A stretch of 64,000 nt of DNA, taken from assembly GCA_002633005.1 (NCBI GenBank), contig NMRA01000146.1, positions 673,059 to 737,058 of the forward strand, written 5' to 3'. Every line of letters begins with the position of its first letter. Position 1 is the stretch's first letter. Origin of the DNA: Phoronis australis. Its lineage: Eukaryota; Animalia; Phoronida. A program made the position numbers and the translations under genes. This document shows positions 1 to 14,089 of the stretch, one piece after another. The notes under the pieces are model-generated. The model was given only the letters and a program-made list of their open reading frames with translations, was not told where the DNA came from and ran no database searches.

Positions 1-2954
1 CGAGTTGTGCATTACATTTCTCTTCATATCATTGAAACGTGAAACAATTGACCGATTTTAGGCAATTACGAAATTTGTTACAGATTTTTACAAGTACTTA
101 CTGAAGTATCCATGGGCTCCAAATCTAACTCGCTTTCTTTTGACCCACTCCAAAATTCCATTAAGTCAGCCTGCTTTGTCTGGCGGCTTCTGCATATTCC
201 TGAAAATTCGTAGTCACATTCAGTCTGCTTTATTGGAAATGCCTTTGTTGCATGTTCACAGTCATAGGCTATAGGGAACAACCAAATAAAAACAACAGTG
301 CCTTAATAGAGGTGGTTCCTCTAATTTGCTTGGGTAGCAGCCACTGTATAATATGTGTTTGCTGAGCAATTTTTAGAAAAAGCATCTAACGTTCCCAATA
401 CAACCGCACAAGATCTCCCCACCCTAGTTCACACCATCCTGGTTGTTTATAACACAGAACAGTAGATGGCGGCTGATATGACCCCAAAAGTTGAGCAATA
501 CCATTCTGCACTTCACACGAGCCCACCTTCATGATGACCATAAAGGTTAACCATTTCAATATGACAGATTTCCAAACAAACATCTGACTTGTGTAATTGT
601 GTTTTTGTAATCAATTGCGTACATTACATACACTATCTTTCATGCACAAGTATGATAAGGAAACCATGTGTTCAATATCCTCAATAGATATTGTGGAACC
701 CTCACAACAGTCACTCATTAGTTTTGTTAGTTTACCCTAAAATTCAGAAATACACCGCTTTTTAGCGATTATAGGAGGTAAACAGGAATTTATAACTCTA
801 CTGCAACTTCAGCAGGTAAGAAACAACACCGGGGTCCTTTACGTGGTTATCAGATCAATTGTCCCTTCAGGGCCTCAAGTAAGAGGGGTAATTTGGGGGA
901 CGTATGGGTCATGTTAAAATACGTGTCTTTTTATTCCAATATTGGGAGGGTGGATTTTGATGTGCGACTTGCCTCACCGATGAGTGATTGATCAAAACTG
1001 TGAGGTGCGCATTAGGCATATATCAGTTCCACTTTTTTGTGTTCCGTTCTATTTTTAGCTTAACCAACTTTGTAAGCTTCACTAGTTGAAAAATCACAAC
1101 TTAATATCAGTGTATTTTTTAAGAAATGCACACATTTTTGACGGATTTGGCAAGTTTAACTAACTCCATATTCAATCACAGAAATTCAATAGCGGATATA
1201 ACATACTCTCTAGTCCCTAAAAGTAGGTAATGGGCAAAAGTCATGTAAAAATTTTGTGGTTATTATGAAAAGTTATAACTACCTATTTTCTATGTCAATG
1301 TATACACAAGCTGCATATACTTCAAGGCACTTGAAATAAAATATGGCTAAGCAACAAGGCCCAAGTTATAAGAAATCACGATGTAACCACTTTTGCATGA
1401 ATGACGTGCTCCGCTTTTGCTTAAATTGGTCATGAGATATCAAATTTATTCTGAAACGAATCTGTTAGAAGCAGAAACTGCTGTAGAAAATGCAGTCAAA
1501 ATGACTCATTCTGCATCAAGAAATTGCCTTTTTTTGCCCCCCCCCCTCCAGAAGACTTCCCTTGTATCTCCTAAACCACCAAATTTCTCTCATCTCTATT
1601 TTGATTTATTAGACTGAACGTGGTTCTGAATGGCTGACCCCCCTTGCCGCTTTTTAGCTGTACTATGGTCGGTGGATCCGTGGACTGATACTTAATGACA
1701 GAAAAAATGGAACTTAATGGGGAACGTGAATTTAGGTAGGGCGGACGAAGACGGCTGTTTTGCTTTTGGATCGGCCACTTTCAATGTCCTAAGTTCTGAA
1801 GTGGGAAAATTTACCTTTGCATGATGGCTCAGGTTCAGAAATCCCAGTCAATAGTCACGTAAAATCGTTGCCGTGCTTAGGACATCAACATTTAAAAAAT
1901 AACACATGTGAAAATTTAATCTATCAAACAAACCTCACATTTAAATGTCCAGAAAGAATTAGAATCCAAATTCCAAATCTCTGCGCGGAATTCATCTGCA
2001 TTTTTGTACTTCACTGGACGTTTGTTTTGGAGCTTGAGTCAAAATTCACACCACGCAAAATGGACGACAAGGACACCGGCAAGTGACCAAATTTCCTGGC
2101 TATGCTTACTTGGGATAGTCCTTACCAAGGGGTGTGAATGTTATTTGTATATGAAAATAAGGTTATTTTTGGAATAAGGACGAAGAATTTTATTTTTTAG
2201 AAGTCCTGTTTTTGTAAAATTTAATATTAAATTGGAAAAACACAAAATAAAATTTGTTCGTCCGCTTTGATGAGCAACCCACACCCTCTTTGTGTTTGTT
2301 TTAGCAAATTGTAGAGAGAAATATAGTAAAATATGACTACGCAGTTGATTTTGAGACTGTGATACGGCAACCATGTGAAAATCTTTTGTTTACCCCCGCC
2401 CGCTAGATAGTTCCCTGATCGTCCGCTAAAAAAGTCGATAGTGAACCGCTCTCTTGCTGGTGGACTCAATTTTGGTGAAATAAAACGATGGCTATAAACA
2501 TATCAAATCAATTTCAATGGCTTTCCCTGCTCTACAGTCACCCTTTGCCGATTGTAAACATCACCGACAACGCACATTACGCGTGTGAGTTACACACGAA
2601 CTCGGTACTGGGAGGTAACATAGGCTAAACATAACTTGACGTCACACATCCGGTTAACTGCATAGCGCCATCTCAAGTTTTTTCCCAATTACAGACACGG
2701 ACCTGTGCGAAGTTTTGGCAAAAAATAAATTCATAACGAATTTGGCTCATGAATGTAAGTATTTATGGGAGGCGCACAATAGAGGGCTGGGGGCTATAGC
2801 ACTCACTTTTTTCAATGCTATGCCACACGTGGTCACTAGGCGGTGAACACAGTGGGCTGAGGGGGCTTTAGCCCCTCTTTTTTCAGTGCTACGCCGCCCA
2901 TGTTATCTTCTAGAAATTAAGAAACATCGATAGGTGCTTTGACCCTGCCTTAAA

Positions 2955-3212
2955 GTCAGTTTATCTGTTATACGAGGGCTTTAAGTCTTATATTTTGTAC
3001 ATATTCCCTAACATTTGGTATATGCCACGGGAACGTTATCCAAGGGCCCCTTACAACTTGTTGTACACACTAGGTGAAAATGGTAGACATATGTATAATT
3101 GGGTAAGCTCAGTCCGAAATTTATTGTCAATGTATGGTTTCTATGATGTTTGGGTAAACCAAGGAGTCGCGTGTCATGGGTCGTTTGTAAATATTTTCTC
3201 GTAACAGGTTAA
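2955..3212 (+). mobile_element. Non-LTR retrotransposon ORF2 C-terminal fragment (RTE-X-like), part 1
   Basis: MPRERYPRAPYNLLYTLGENGRHMYNWVSSVRNLLSMYGFYDVWVNQGV is typical of the post-RT region of these LINEs; interrupted at a TTAA. Confidence 0.7.
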
Positions 3213-6200
3213 GAGCTTGTTCGCGAATAGACCGGGCAGAGGGTGATAAACGCTATGTCACAGATTCTCTTTATATTTTGTCTGTGAGATGACATTGGCC
3301 CCACTGACTCCAGACCAACTTTATTATTTTTCAAAACGCCCCCTTTTGGTTTCCATGGATACTATTTGTTTCCGACAAGTTTTCAGCCTGGCAGTAGTTA
3401 AGTTTTAGTAAAATTCCGACAGTTACGTTAAGCAGTGGAAGTAACGTTGAAATATTGAACCTGTGTTATTGATCAGATGTCACCCTCGACTACTTTATTC
3501 ATGAAAATATAAAAGATTTCGATAATTTTTTGTCTGTTTTTAGAGCCGCACAAGATGAGTTCTTTCAGTGATTTTTGAAACTGTCAAAATTGGCTAAATT
3601 TGTATCCCGATATCTGAGCTGGCACAGGTTTCAGAACATTTTAGTGCCAACCAGTGTGTTGAGCTATTTTAGGTCTACAAAATAAGACAAAGAAATTTCC
3701 TGGCGCGAACAGATTTCATATCATTTGAAGTCAAAAATGACTGGTGGTTACGCCATTTCACCACAATGAGTAATGCCGACAAACGTCAACAAAACGTGAA
3801 CATTTGTTAATATTTGGCCAGCAAACGGCGAATCAATTTATCATTCATCAAATTTTGTATTTTCTAGGCACCGAGGGTACACTACTTTATTTCTAAAAAG
3901 TGCTCATAGTCATGGAATTAGGATACTTACTACACAAATAGCAGTAGTTTTGGCATGACACCTTTTGCGAGAGTCGAAATTCAAAGCTCACTGGTTTTAC
4001 AAAGCTCAGTAATCTTATTTGCACTGCTAAAAACGAAAAGAAACACCGCCGACAAATCATTTTCATAACATTTTTATCTGTGACTGTCCTGTTTACAAAG
4101 ATGCTTACTGTGGGTTAGCTGTGGAGTTTGTCTGAACAAACATTTCTTTAGGAATCTTCAAGTGGTTTTGATGCAGCGCGTTGAAAGCGGAGGACAGTGT
4201 CAAGGTGAAAAATTCATTGGCAATTACAGGCAAATGCAAAACCACTGGTCAGCCGCCAGTGTCCCAATAACTTCACTATTGAAGTGGTATGGCTGGCTAT
4301 TGTTATCATTTTGCTATCTGCGCGCATTTTGCTGTGATTGACACAAGTGAAAAATGGGAGACTTTCGAGTAGCAATGGGAGCTGACAACATGGAACCAGC
4401 TACCAGTGAGAAGACACTTCACCTGAGCAGTGGGAGGCACAGAGGGACGTACTTGAATACGTGTATGTGACTAGATGTGAGAAGTCTAAAGAGTGAATTC
4501 ATATTACTTCCCAGTCCTCCAGAGGGGCAAACGTACATGTATCCTGTTCCAGGTGATCAGCTGTTCCTTGACTATATACATGCCTCATGTTGGAAACATG
4601 ATCCACTGCAGAGGTCATGTGAAAGAAGTGACTGATAAAGGCTGCTATCAGTATGAAGTCCATAAATACGCGACAAGTATTTTATTGTAGCTCATGTTTT
4701 TCCATGACGTCTCAGCAGACAAACAATATACAGCATATAAACTTTGGAACTCAGTTCAAAATATAACTTCATGCACATTGGGTTCTAACTGCTAATTAGT
4801 CTTCGAGGTGCTTTAATAGCAAGACTACCAACTTTCTAAGGCAAAATCACATCAGAGATATCTAAATGTGGTATTTGATCTAAGTGCTAATGGACTGGCT
4901 CAAATAGGAGACTCCTATGTTAGTTGTTCAAAATACAGGTGATCTCGCTTACATGTACCTCCTCATCCCATACGGCACACGTAACTTCCCAGTCTGTATA
5001 TACAATGTTGGACCACTTTAAAGTAAAAAGTGACATTTGATGCGACTAGAATCTGGTTTAACACTCATTGCCTAGTTAATTTATACAAACTACCATGGAA
5101 AACACGAGATGTCTAAATGTGTTAAAAGATCTAAATACCAGTGAATTGGCTCAAACATGACACACCTGATGTTAACATTTCAATATACAGGTGACCTCAA
5201 CACCTCTCTTAACTCAATATCACATACCGTACAAGTAACTCTAATTCTGCAAAAACAATGTTGGAACAGATTAAAGTCAAAATGACATTTAATGTGACTG
5301 TAATCTGGTTTAACACTGGTCATCAAGTTAAGTGGTACAAAGTAGCATGGAAAAACGAGATATGTAAATGTGTTCTTTGATCTAGATGCCAGTGAATTGG
5401 TTGAAGTATGCCTAAGTCACTACCTTTCCTTAAGCTTGTACATAAGTTAACACTCAGATAAGGCTTCGCATTTAAGTTAAGTGAGATTGAGTGTACTATG
5501 AGTTTGAAAGATGAAAACTGAAATACCAGCATCTTTAAATAAATTGGACAGCAAAGTTTCAACCAGAACACTGACTAAACATCCTAAATTTTACTGACAA
5601 AATCACAGTAAGTGTTGCTACATTGCATTTTGTATTTATCTCAGTTTCTACAACATCACATCAATAACAACTGGTTAAATCACTCAGACAACACAACAGA
5701 TTGTATGATGTTCGAACAAAGATGAAATCCGGAGTATTACTGGACATCACTGACTGTCAAGTTCATTATCTCCCTCATTTGACCATTTTCCAGCGCGGTT
5801 CAAGGCAGCCAAGCATGAAAAGAAACCTTTATCCTGTTGTAGTGTCAGCCAGCCTTCCTCCTGAAACTGCTCATCCGTCTTCATCGCCTGTGCAGTTTTT
5901 GCGGGGTCTGCTTTGTTGCTCTACTGTCTGAAAAATGACAGGCAGGTTGTAACACACTCGAATTATACACTTTTTGCAGAACTTTGCAGAGCCCAGCCAC
6001 TACAAAGATGTGTATGCCGCTGAGTGATCCAATGATTTTAGCTGAGATAATTCATTTGACCCATGGAGTGTAATATGTAAAACGACCCTTAGTACAACAA
6101 GAAAAAACACCGCGGGTACTTGATTTATTTTTGCCAGTTTGATTGGATTCCTTTGGACATCAAATGAATATCATATCCAGACAACAAATGTCAACATATT

Positions 6201-8113
6201 GGTACTTATAAAACATAACAACACGCTATGATTTCCAGAATTACATAATTCACTGACAGCTGAAGTGAAAAGAAATTCTGGCATCCAGGTTGTCAGTTAA
6301 AATTGGAATTTATAATGCTATAACTAGAGCATTCATCAATATATCTATAGAAAAAATACTTCCTGTAATGAACTAAAAAGAAGATGCATAACAACAATAT
6401 CGGATGTTGAAAAGTGAAAGTCAAGGAGATAAATTGCATTTTCCGCTTGCAACAAGTACAGGCCACTAGATGCACATAATCTCAGACTAAACTTACAACT
6501 AACACAAGATGCTACTAGTAAGTGGATTGAATAGCTCTAGGATAGCCTAGACTCCAACAACGGCGACAGGGCAGGTATACCACTGATTTGCCCTTAGGAA
6601 CACAAGACTGTTTTCAGTTGTTTACAGTGATGCAGGCATAGGTCTACTAAATTTCACCAGTGTGTACAATAAAAAGCTCTGTCTATACTACATGTTCAAA
6701 AACAAGTACTGTTGTTACATTTTTGTGGTACATGCATGGTTACACAGTTTGTGATCTTCCTGAAAGGAGGACCAGTAACTTGCATTGCAGGGTACTGTAT
6801 TAGAACATCATCTGTTGTTTCTAGCGGTGCTAGCTGGTTCTCGAATCATGTATCCACAAAACTGACTATAACCGCCACAAGGCTATCGTGATAATCTCGA
6901 ATTCAAACAAAGCAGTAGTAGTACTCACCAGATCCAACAGGAAAGAACACAAATGCATTGACATTGTTGAGTTCCTGTGAAAGTAAGTTGACTTTAGACA
7001 TTTCAACCAGCATCCCCACTTCAGGCTTGGCACGCGAGCTACCACTAATGAAATGGGTGTTTGCAGAGTCTACATGGTTTCCACAGAACTCCAAGATGAG
7101 CCCGGCGTCTTGCACTTGCCTTGGACGCAGTCACACAGGCGTGACACGGGTCCGGTGAACACGCATTTGTAAATTATCCGACTCTCGCCAAAACCAGTTA
7201 CCGCACAGTCTGTAGGTGCGGTGGTTTGGTACTCACTTTATGCCGCATTGAGTCAAGATTTCGCCCATGTGCCGAGGACATTCTTTTGAGGTTCCATACA
7301 CTTCATCACACTCCATAATACTAGCAGATAACACAGCAAGTCAGAACCATTTTGCCACCACTAGTAAAGTGACACCTGTTGTTGGATACTGGGTTCACGA
7401 AAAACGCGGATTTTTAGTTAAAAAGGAAAAATACTTTAAACAATTGCGCCTGACTTAATGAAACTTAACTAAATATTAATAAATCAACTTTTGAATCAAA
7501 ACTATGCACTTTACTTGTGTTGTAATGTTCCAAGCAGGTATCGGTATTGAAGGTAATTTCCACTCAGGTGGTTGTCGCAATCTTGCAATTTGTATAGAAA
7601 AATGCTCAGCGCCAGAAAAATTTATTGTGTTAGTCACCAGCAATAAGATAGAAACGTCTTGTGTAAAAGTTTGGTGTTGATCAGTGTTGTGCCAGCTGAG
7701 ATATACGGGCTCAAAATGTGGCGAAATTGCAATGCTATGTTAACCTCTGACCCCTCTATACATTATGCCTGAAATTTTTAACTTAGCGGCAGAGTTAATG
7801 AGTATTGTTTAACATCTTTGTAAAGCCGAAGACTTGATTTATTTAAAAATTACAAACAAATAATGATCTTGTGCGCCGATACTTTTTATTGTGCAGTGCA
7901 AATAAGGCATTTTCGTCGAGTTCATTACATGGCACACCCCCAAAATAGAGGCTCCCTGATTTCTTCCCCTTAAACAAGGTAAAATGAGATTGGACTTTAC
8001 TGTTTTGTTTATCATCCCAAAGGTAACTAAAATGCACAGTATGGTTCAAATCAGTGACATTGGGTTTATCACCCCTCTGGGCATTTTTGCCAGCTGTGAG
8101 CCGTACTTTACTC
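3213..8113. mobile_element. Kolobok-like DNA transposon, decayed, both ends present
   Basis: TTAA at 3209-3212 and 8114-8117; termini GAG...CTC; imperfect TIRs sharing gagggtgataaacnnnatgtcac. Minus-strand remnants at ~6500-7250 weakly resemble KolX and Kolobok transposase. TTAA targets with purine-purine termini are Kolobok hallmarks. Confidence 0.7.
4850..5410. repeat. ~251-bp degenerate tandem repeat inside the Kolobok-like element
   Basis: Unit start gagat(a/g)tctaaatgtg...gatcta recurs at ~4853, ~5105 and ~5356; the same repeats occur in the second copy at ~18162, ~18419 and ~19127. Confidence 0.75.
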
Positions 8114-8117
8114 TTAA

Positions 8118-8660
8118 GGTCTGTGCTTTGCAATCATGGCAGTCCGATGTTGATTCCAATTCTAAGTTAAGCTATTTTAAAAACATTAAGTTTGTAGTTA
8201 AACATGAAAACTATTTAGACATTAAAAATCTTCCAAGAGTGTTCGTGAAAAGTTTTACACGTTTTCGATGTGCAAACCACAGACTGGCAGTAGAAACTTG
8301 TCTTCACGTAAATGTGATACATTAAGACAGAGTGTGTACTTAATTCTCGAGGAATTAAAACGATGATTAATATCACTTTTTGTTAGTTTGATGCGCTTTT
8401 TCCAAACTCAGAGTGAAGTTTATAAGTGAGAGCCTCTGGACAAGTCCCTCGTTGTTTAAATTTCATAGACTATTATATAACCCCGATATCCCAGTTGTGA
8501 CACATGTATACTTCGCATCGTAAAACGGAACAGCTTTTGTACTATGGACCAGTGTGCATAACACTCCAGTGATCGTGTTTGCTTGTTTGTTGTACTTTGG
8601 GCCGATGGTCATGTGTACAAATAAAGGGAAAAAAAGGGAAATTGGTTGAAATCCATTTTT
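8118..8660 (+). mobile_element. Same LINE, part 2 (3' end)
   Basis: Continues part 1: CALQSWQSDVDSNSKLSYFKNIKFVVKHENYL...FTRFRCANHRLAVET, then a 3' UTR with AATAAA near 8620 and an A-rich tail. Confidence 0.75.
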
Positions 8661-9577
8661 AAAAGTAAAGTAATTTTTGGAAAAAATTGTCAATTGTCAA
8701 TTGATTGGTTTCGTTTTTTCTTCCATCCTTCCTAAAAGAAAAACAAAAAAACTCATTTTCATGTGTTCTCACTCAATGTGATCATAATGCTTATGTAGCC
8801 TTGGAAACGACACCAAGGTCACTGAAAGTTATTGACGTATATAGAAGGACCATCTGAGCTTTGCTGTATGTAACCAACATAAAGAAAGAAGTGATAATCC
8901 GTACCGGAGTATCTTGGGGCCTGTGCCTGGTCATTCTGGTGAAACCTACATCAATGATGTTACATTAAGAAAATCACTTTTGCTTTGATAATATTGTTGG
9001 TAACACATCTCGGAAAGAAAGCTTTATGATGTTTACATTCACCATGACTCAGATGGTCCTTCTCTAGACGTCAATAGCGGAGAAGAATTTTGATGTCGCT
9101 GAATCCGAGTATTGCAGTAATCTCAGCATAACAGCCACCATATTATTTGTCTATTTTCTAACTGGTGTCCACTTCATGATTTTTTTTCTCTCTTAATTAA
9201 GACCAAACCGTATCACCTGCGGTTCATGAAATGCCTTTGACAAAAACCCCGATGCATGTGAAAACTGATGAAGAGTTACTTTCCTTCATATTTTTACAAA
9301 AAACGATTACCGCAACGCAATGCCAATGTAAAGTTCGTCGTCCATGAATATTATTAGTAGTGTTTGAAAATTACACTTTCTGTACCTTCTCGGACTAATA
9401 CCTACAAAGCTATGAAGGAGCAATTGCGGCACGTGATGCATTCTATGTACGTCCGGCATTTCTTGAATTCATGTTTTGGTAAAAATAAGATAGGTAGTCA
9501 AAATCACGTCAACATGGGCTTAGACTGGAAGCGGAAGTCTGTTGTTTATATTCTTGTCTATGTATCTACCCTTCCAG

Positions 9578-9829
9578 TTCTAGGAAAAGCTGCTAATATC
9601 CAAGTGGTTGAAAATACGACAACAATTGATGTCAGTTGGTCCGAAGCACCTGGAGATAAACACGGCTACAAAGTTTTCTGCGGTAGAAGAAGTTTCAATG
9701 TAGATGACGCAACTGAAACCAATAAGCTTTGCACTGGTTTGACTCCGGGAACCGGTTACGATATATCAGTATATACTATCAAGAAAGGGTGGAATGACAT
9801 GTCTTCCCCTAAGACGAGAGCTAAAACAA
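9578..9829 (+). CDS. FN3-domain exon (type A, copy 1) of FN3/mucin-stalk membrane protein
   Basis: Acceptor cttccag| and donor |gtgagt; 252 bp, phase 1-1, no stops. LGKAANIQVVENTTTIDVSWSEAPGDKHGYKVFCG...CTGLTPGTGYDISVYTIK shows the FN3 motifs VSW, Y and LxPGxxY. Confidence 0.9.
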
Positions 9830-11089
9830 GTGAGTGTTAAATGAGATATACGCTTCCCTACATAAACTAAGTGCACCCCAAATTCGCTTTCTGTTACTCA
9901 AGGCACTATCGGGACACATGCTACAAGAATCCATCTAAAGTGAATTTCAAAATGACGATTTTCTCTAATTGTACACCCTTACAATCATAAAAATTACATT
10001 TACTGCACCATACCATATTTAGCAGTCTGCAGTTTCAGTCCCGACGGCTATGCTTGCGATGAACACTTACATGCCCGCAGGTTCTGAATGGCTAAAAATC
10101 ACAAGAACGGGAAATTAGAATACTCCTCGCGGCAGTTAACCATAGTTTGCTAGGCTCCTGCCTTTTAAACGCCATATTTTGGCCAACTTTCGTTTTCGGT
10201 ATATTAATCACAGGTTTCAATTCATTGACATCGGAACATGATGAATGTTAACTTTGTCAAATTTACAAGTGATTTTTGTTGCGGTACTTTAACGTGACTA
10301 ACGCGTAGTAAAAATCAACCACAACTACTCTTGTTTGTCATTCTGGTGAGGAGTGTACTACATGTATTTTGGATTCAAAATTATATTGGTTCTTTTAGTT
10401 GAAAACTCAAAGAACCTGGAAGTGTTTGAACAGTCTACAAGTGAAATCTCTGTTTGTTGTCCTGCAAATTTTAAAGAGCACTCTCGGTTGCTGGAGTATT
10501 TTCGAAGAATGTCCTTCTACATTTCTTCCATAGAAATACACTTGCAGATACAAAAATAAGTTTCTTCTGTAATCCATGTCTCTCACATGACTATTGCCGT
10601 GCCAGCGATATGACAACAGAGCATTAACTGCTGGCTACGGGAAGTGTGCTGCATTCTTTATTGGATTTTACTTTTCAAGTTTTATTTCACTTTATAAATA
10701 ACACAGTAAATGATACAATTACTTCCTGGAAATTGTAAAAATTACATGAAATTGTACTAAAGACTGCGTTATGTATGCAATGAAGTACAAGCAAAACGAT
10801 ACGACAACCCTTAACTTTCAAAAAATGCCACCACTGACATGCAATTGCAAAATCTGATATTAACAGGGTAATCTGTCAAACTGATTAATCCAACTTCGTA
10901 AAAGTCAGTTGTAGGCGACTTTTTGCGTCCCCCAGTGGCAATTTTAACATTAGTACTACTGCTTTTTCTTTTGGAAAAAATAAAAAGATCATGTTTAATG
11001 TTTTGGTATCTAATGGCACACTGTAGTCGCAAACCAATGCTGTGAGTGGTGTTCCTTTACAATTTTCGTTCACGTCTCTACATTTGCAG

Positions 11090-11338
11090 AACTGGCTCCA
11101 GCTAGCATTACAAATCTGACTGGAAGTGAAACCGCAATCAATGTCATATGGACTGCTGCGGCTGGGAATAAAGAAAGGTACAAAGTCTACTGCGGCACCC
11201 ATCCTTTCAATGCTGACAAGGATGCTACCAACACACGTTGCACTGGCTTGACTCCTGGAACTGAATATTCAGTTAAATTAAAAACAAAAAGGACTGGATG
11301 GGATGACGCAGTTTCAACATCGAAGACAGCTAAAACGA
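11090..11338 (+). CDS. FN3-domain exon (type B, copy 1)
   Basis: catttgcag| ... |gtgaga; 249 bp, phase 1-1, open. LAPASITNLTGSETAINVIWTAAAGNKERYKVYCGTHPFNADKDATNTRCTGLTPGTEYSVKLKTKRTGWDDAVSTSKTAKT. Absent from the ORF track because it has no start codon. Confidence 0.9.
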
Positions 11339-11379
11339 GTGAGAGTTTGTTGATACATGTTAATGGCTCTAAACACCAA

Positions 11380-12416
11380 AAGCCGATTTCATAAAGGTGG
11401 TTTAACAAAACCAGGTTTAAGACTTGAACCTGGTCTAACTAAACCTGGTCTAATTTTAAACCTGACTAGCATTTCACAAACATGGAGAGTCTGAACGCCT
11501 TGTTTTGCTAGACCAGGGAGCTGGTTCAGTAAAACCAGGTTTAAAGTCGAGCTCGGTAAACCCAACAAAGAAACTATTAAAGTGCTTCAATGAAACCTTG
11601 ATCACGTGGGTATACAATGGTATACGCTAGTGGCATCAGTGCAGATATTTACGATTAGATGTACCATGTTAAATGCCCAAATCTATTTCATTGTCATTTT
11701 AGTGTTTCTTTTCCGCGGCCAGAGGGGGCAAGACCCCTTCCTGGCAATATTATATCGGAGAACAGTGGAGGTGGAACTAATTCAGAAGAATCAAAAGATG
11801 CTCTCTTAAGTCAAATCCGTATCGCTAACGACGATGACGCCCTGCTTGACCAGTAGTATTCTGAGAAATCCGCAGGAGACACTCCAGCAAGTACTGATAT
11901 ACACATAGGCGGGGGTCAAGGGGTCAGGAGTCACCTTTTTCCTTTAATTTTAGTGATATCAAATCTACAATTATCATATTGTTGATTTGGCCCCCCTTTC
12001 AAAAAGTCCTTGACCGACCCCCCCCCTTTAAAAATCCTGGATCCGCCCCTGCTACGTTTGATCTCGGGCCATAGTAAAACTGAATATTGAAAATAGTCCT
12101 TTTCGCTCTAAAAGTGCATCGCAAATGCATTCCGCGGCATCATACAGTTGTACTTATATCATGCAAGTCTGACAAATTTAACAGGAAAACCTTGGTCCCA
12201 CCAGGACTAAAGTTAAACATGGTTTAGATCTTAATACAGGTCTAAAGAATATAGACCTCGTTGGTGAAATGAAAACTGACTTAGACCAGGTCTAAAATAA
12301 AGTTAAACCAGGTTTTAATAGACCACTGGTCTAAAAGTTAAACCACCTTTACGAAATGCAGATTATTTTTAAACCTTCTCTATGTCTAGTTTAAGCCTCC
12401 TTTATGAAATCGGCAG
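11380..12416. mobile_element. Non-autonomous Harbinger-like element
   Basis: TIRs gccgatttcataaagg / cctttatgaaatcggc; 3-bp TSD CAA; subterminal aaacc(a/t)gg repeats; empty site caccaag in the paralogue at ~26231. Confidence 0.7.
11904..12051. mobile_element. Short MITE with GGCGGATCC-type ends
   Basis: cataggcggggg ... ggatccgcccctg. Related MITEs occur at ~23345-23499, ~39283-39437, 51147-51297 and 63084-63386. Confidence 0.6.
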
Positions 12417-14089
12417 CAAGTGTTTTTTAATGCAGATATGCATCTATAAAGATTAAAACGCATTAGTTTGCCTTAAGGAGCATCTGGTGAAAGCTCTATA
12501 TCCTAGGGATTCTTCTAGGTTCGGAAGTAGAGTATCGATTAATGAAAGCATTTGAAATAGTTTCATAGGTGTTGGAGATGTAAATTAGACAAAGTGCTGT
12601 GCTGGTAAGTTTAGAGGTAAGTAGGCGCCCAAATCCCACCGTATCACCTTGATCACTGAACGTAACTTACGTGGAGTAGGCGCTACGTTCAAATGCTAAA
12701 AGGTGGTTGGCTGCGCCTACGTTCGCCTACGCCCCACTACGCCACTGATAAAACATCGCTGTTGGAAAAAACGTTTATTGCTGCACCCTCTGGCTCCATC
12801 TTTTTGGCTCTCAGGTGTGTTAGACAATCAACTTGGGCAGTCGCTGTTCCATTTACGAGGCAGTTCTTTTATTTCATTTCTTGTTTCCCCTTTTCACGAG
12901 ACCGCGATGAAAAACCATAAAATTTACATATACAGAAAGATTTCTCTTCAACCTGTGCCTTGGCTGCACCAGGTGCCACCTTTTCGCCATTTCAACATTT
13001 GAGAGAATACGAAAGCCCTTAACTTTCCGCAAATGCCACTACTAAGGTGCAATTGCAATGTTTGAGATCAACAGTGGATTCTGTCAAACTGATCAATCGA
13101 TCATCGTAAAATTTATTTATAGACGAGATTCTTTTGAGAACCCTGCTATTTTAATTTCCTAGTGTTGCTGCGTGTTCTGTTGAAATTCTAAAACAACTAT
13201 CTCTATGATTTTGATATGGAATATGTTGAAGCAAAGAAACCAGGCTGCAGAATAAGAGGTACACTGGAAACTATCTAAAAGAAACAGTGAGCAAAATTAC
13301 ACGATACACTATGCAATACCATGTAAATAATAATCCATTTTTCATGAAAAACGCCCGAGAAAATGGCGACGGGCAAAGGGCATAGAATATCAAGCATTCA
13401 AAACGTTAAATACACTCGCAGAAGAGGGGAAAACTAACGGCTGTAATTAAACAACATTATACAAAGTAACACGAGCACTTACGCCGACGTCACCACTAGT
13501 CCAACCGAATCCCGTAAAATGATTATGTGTATGTACGCTAGAAGTTTCTCCACCATAGAGAAGTAAAATGAATGAATAAACTGAGGTTTAAGCAACAAGT
13601 TTAAATTACTACACATCTTATTATGCTAAGTTTCCACCGTGAATATACATGTATGGTCTGCCGAAGTAGGTTACCAGTGGTTACTGAGCATGATGTCCAA
13701 GTCAATGGATCTCGACCACAAGTTACCGGTATTCAAATTGCATGGGGATCGATAATTTACAATTGAAAGTAAATTACAGATATTTTTTATGAATTAAATA
13801 TTAAATATTAAAATTGTGCGTCATATATTTCATAACGTATAAATGCCAGTAGAACGTGTTTTGTAGAACTTTCAATTATTGCGCGTCCTCACATAAATAT
13901 TCTATTTGCACGGTTGAAGTCGTCTCATGCGCGGTGGCGCATTGGTTAAGTCGACGACTCGAAACTTTTGCAAGACAGGTTCGAAATCAACTTCGGTTTT
14001 CTGCGAAAATGTTGTTCAACTGGCGTTCATTGGGTTGTTTAGCGGTTTTGTCGGCCATGTCAGGCTGAAAATGTGGTATGAAACACAAT

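Noticed and set aside
1-900. Minus-strand SWIM/transposase-like remnant (GEILCGC...)
   Set aside because: Motifs are too broken and no termini were found, so no family can be supported.
13927-14000. Functional tRNA gene
   Set aside because: A- and B-box-like motifs only; no convincing acceptor or anticodon stems.
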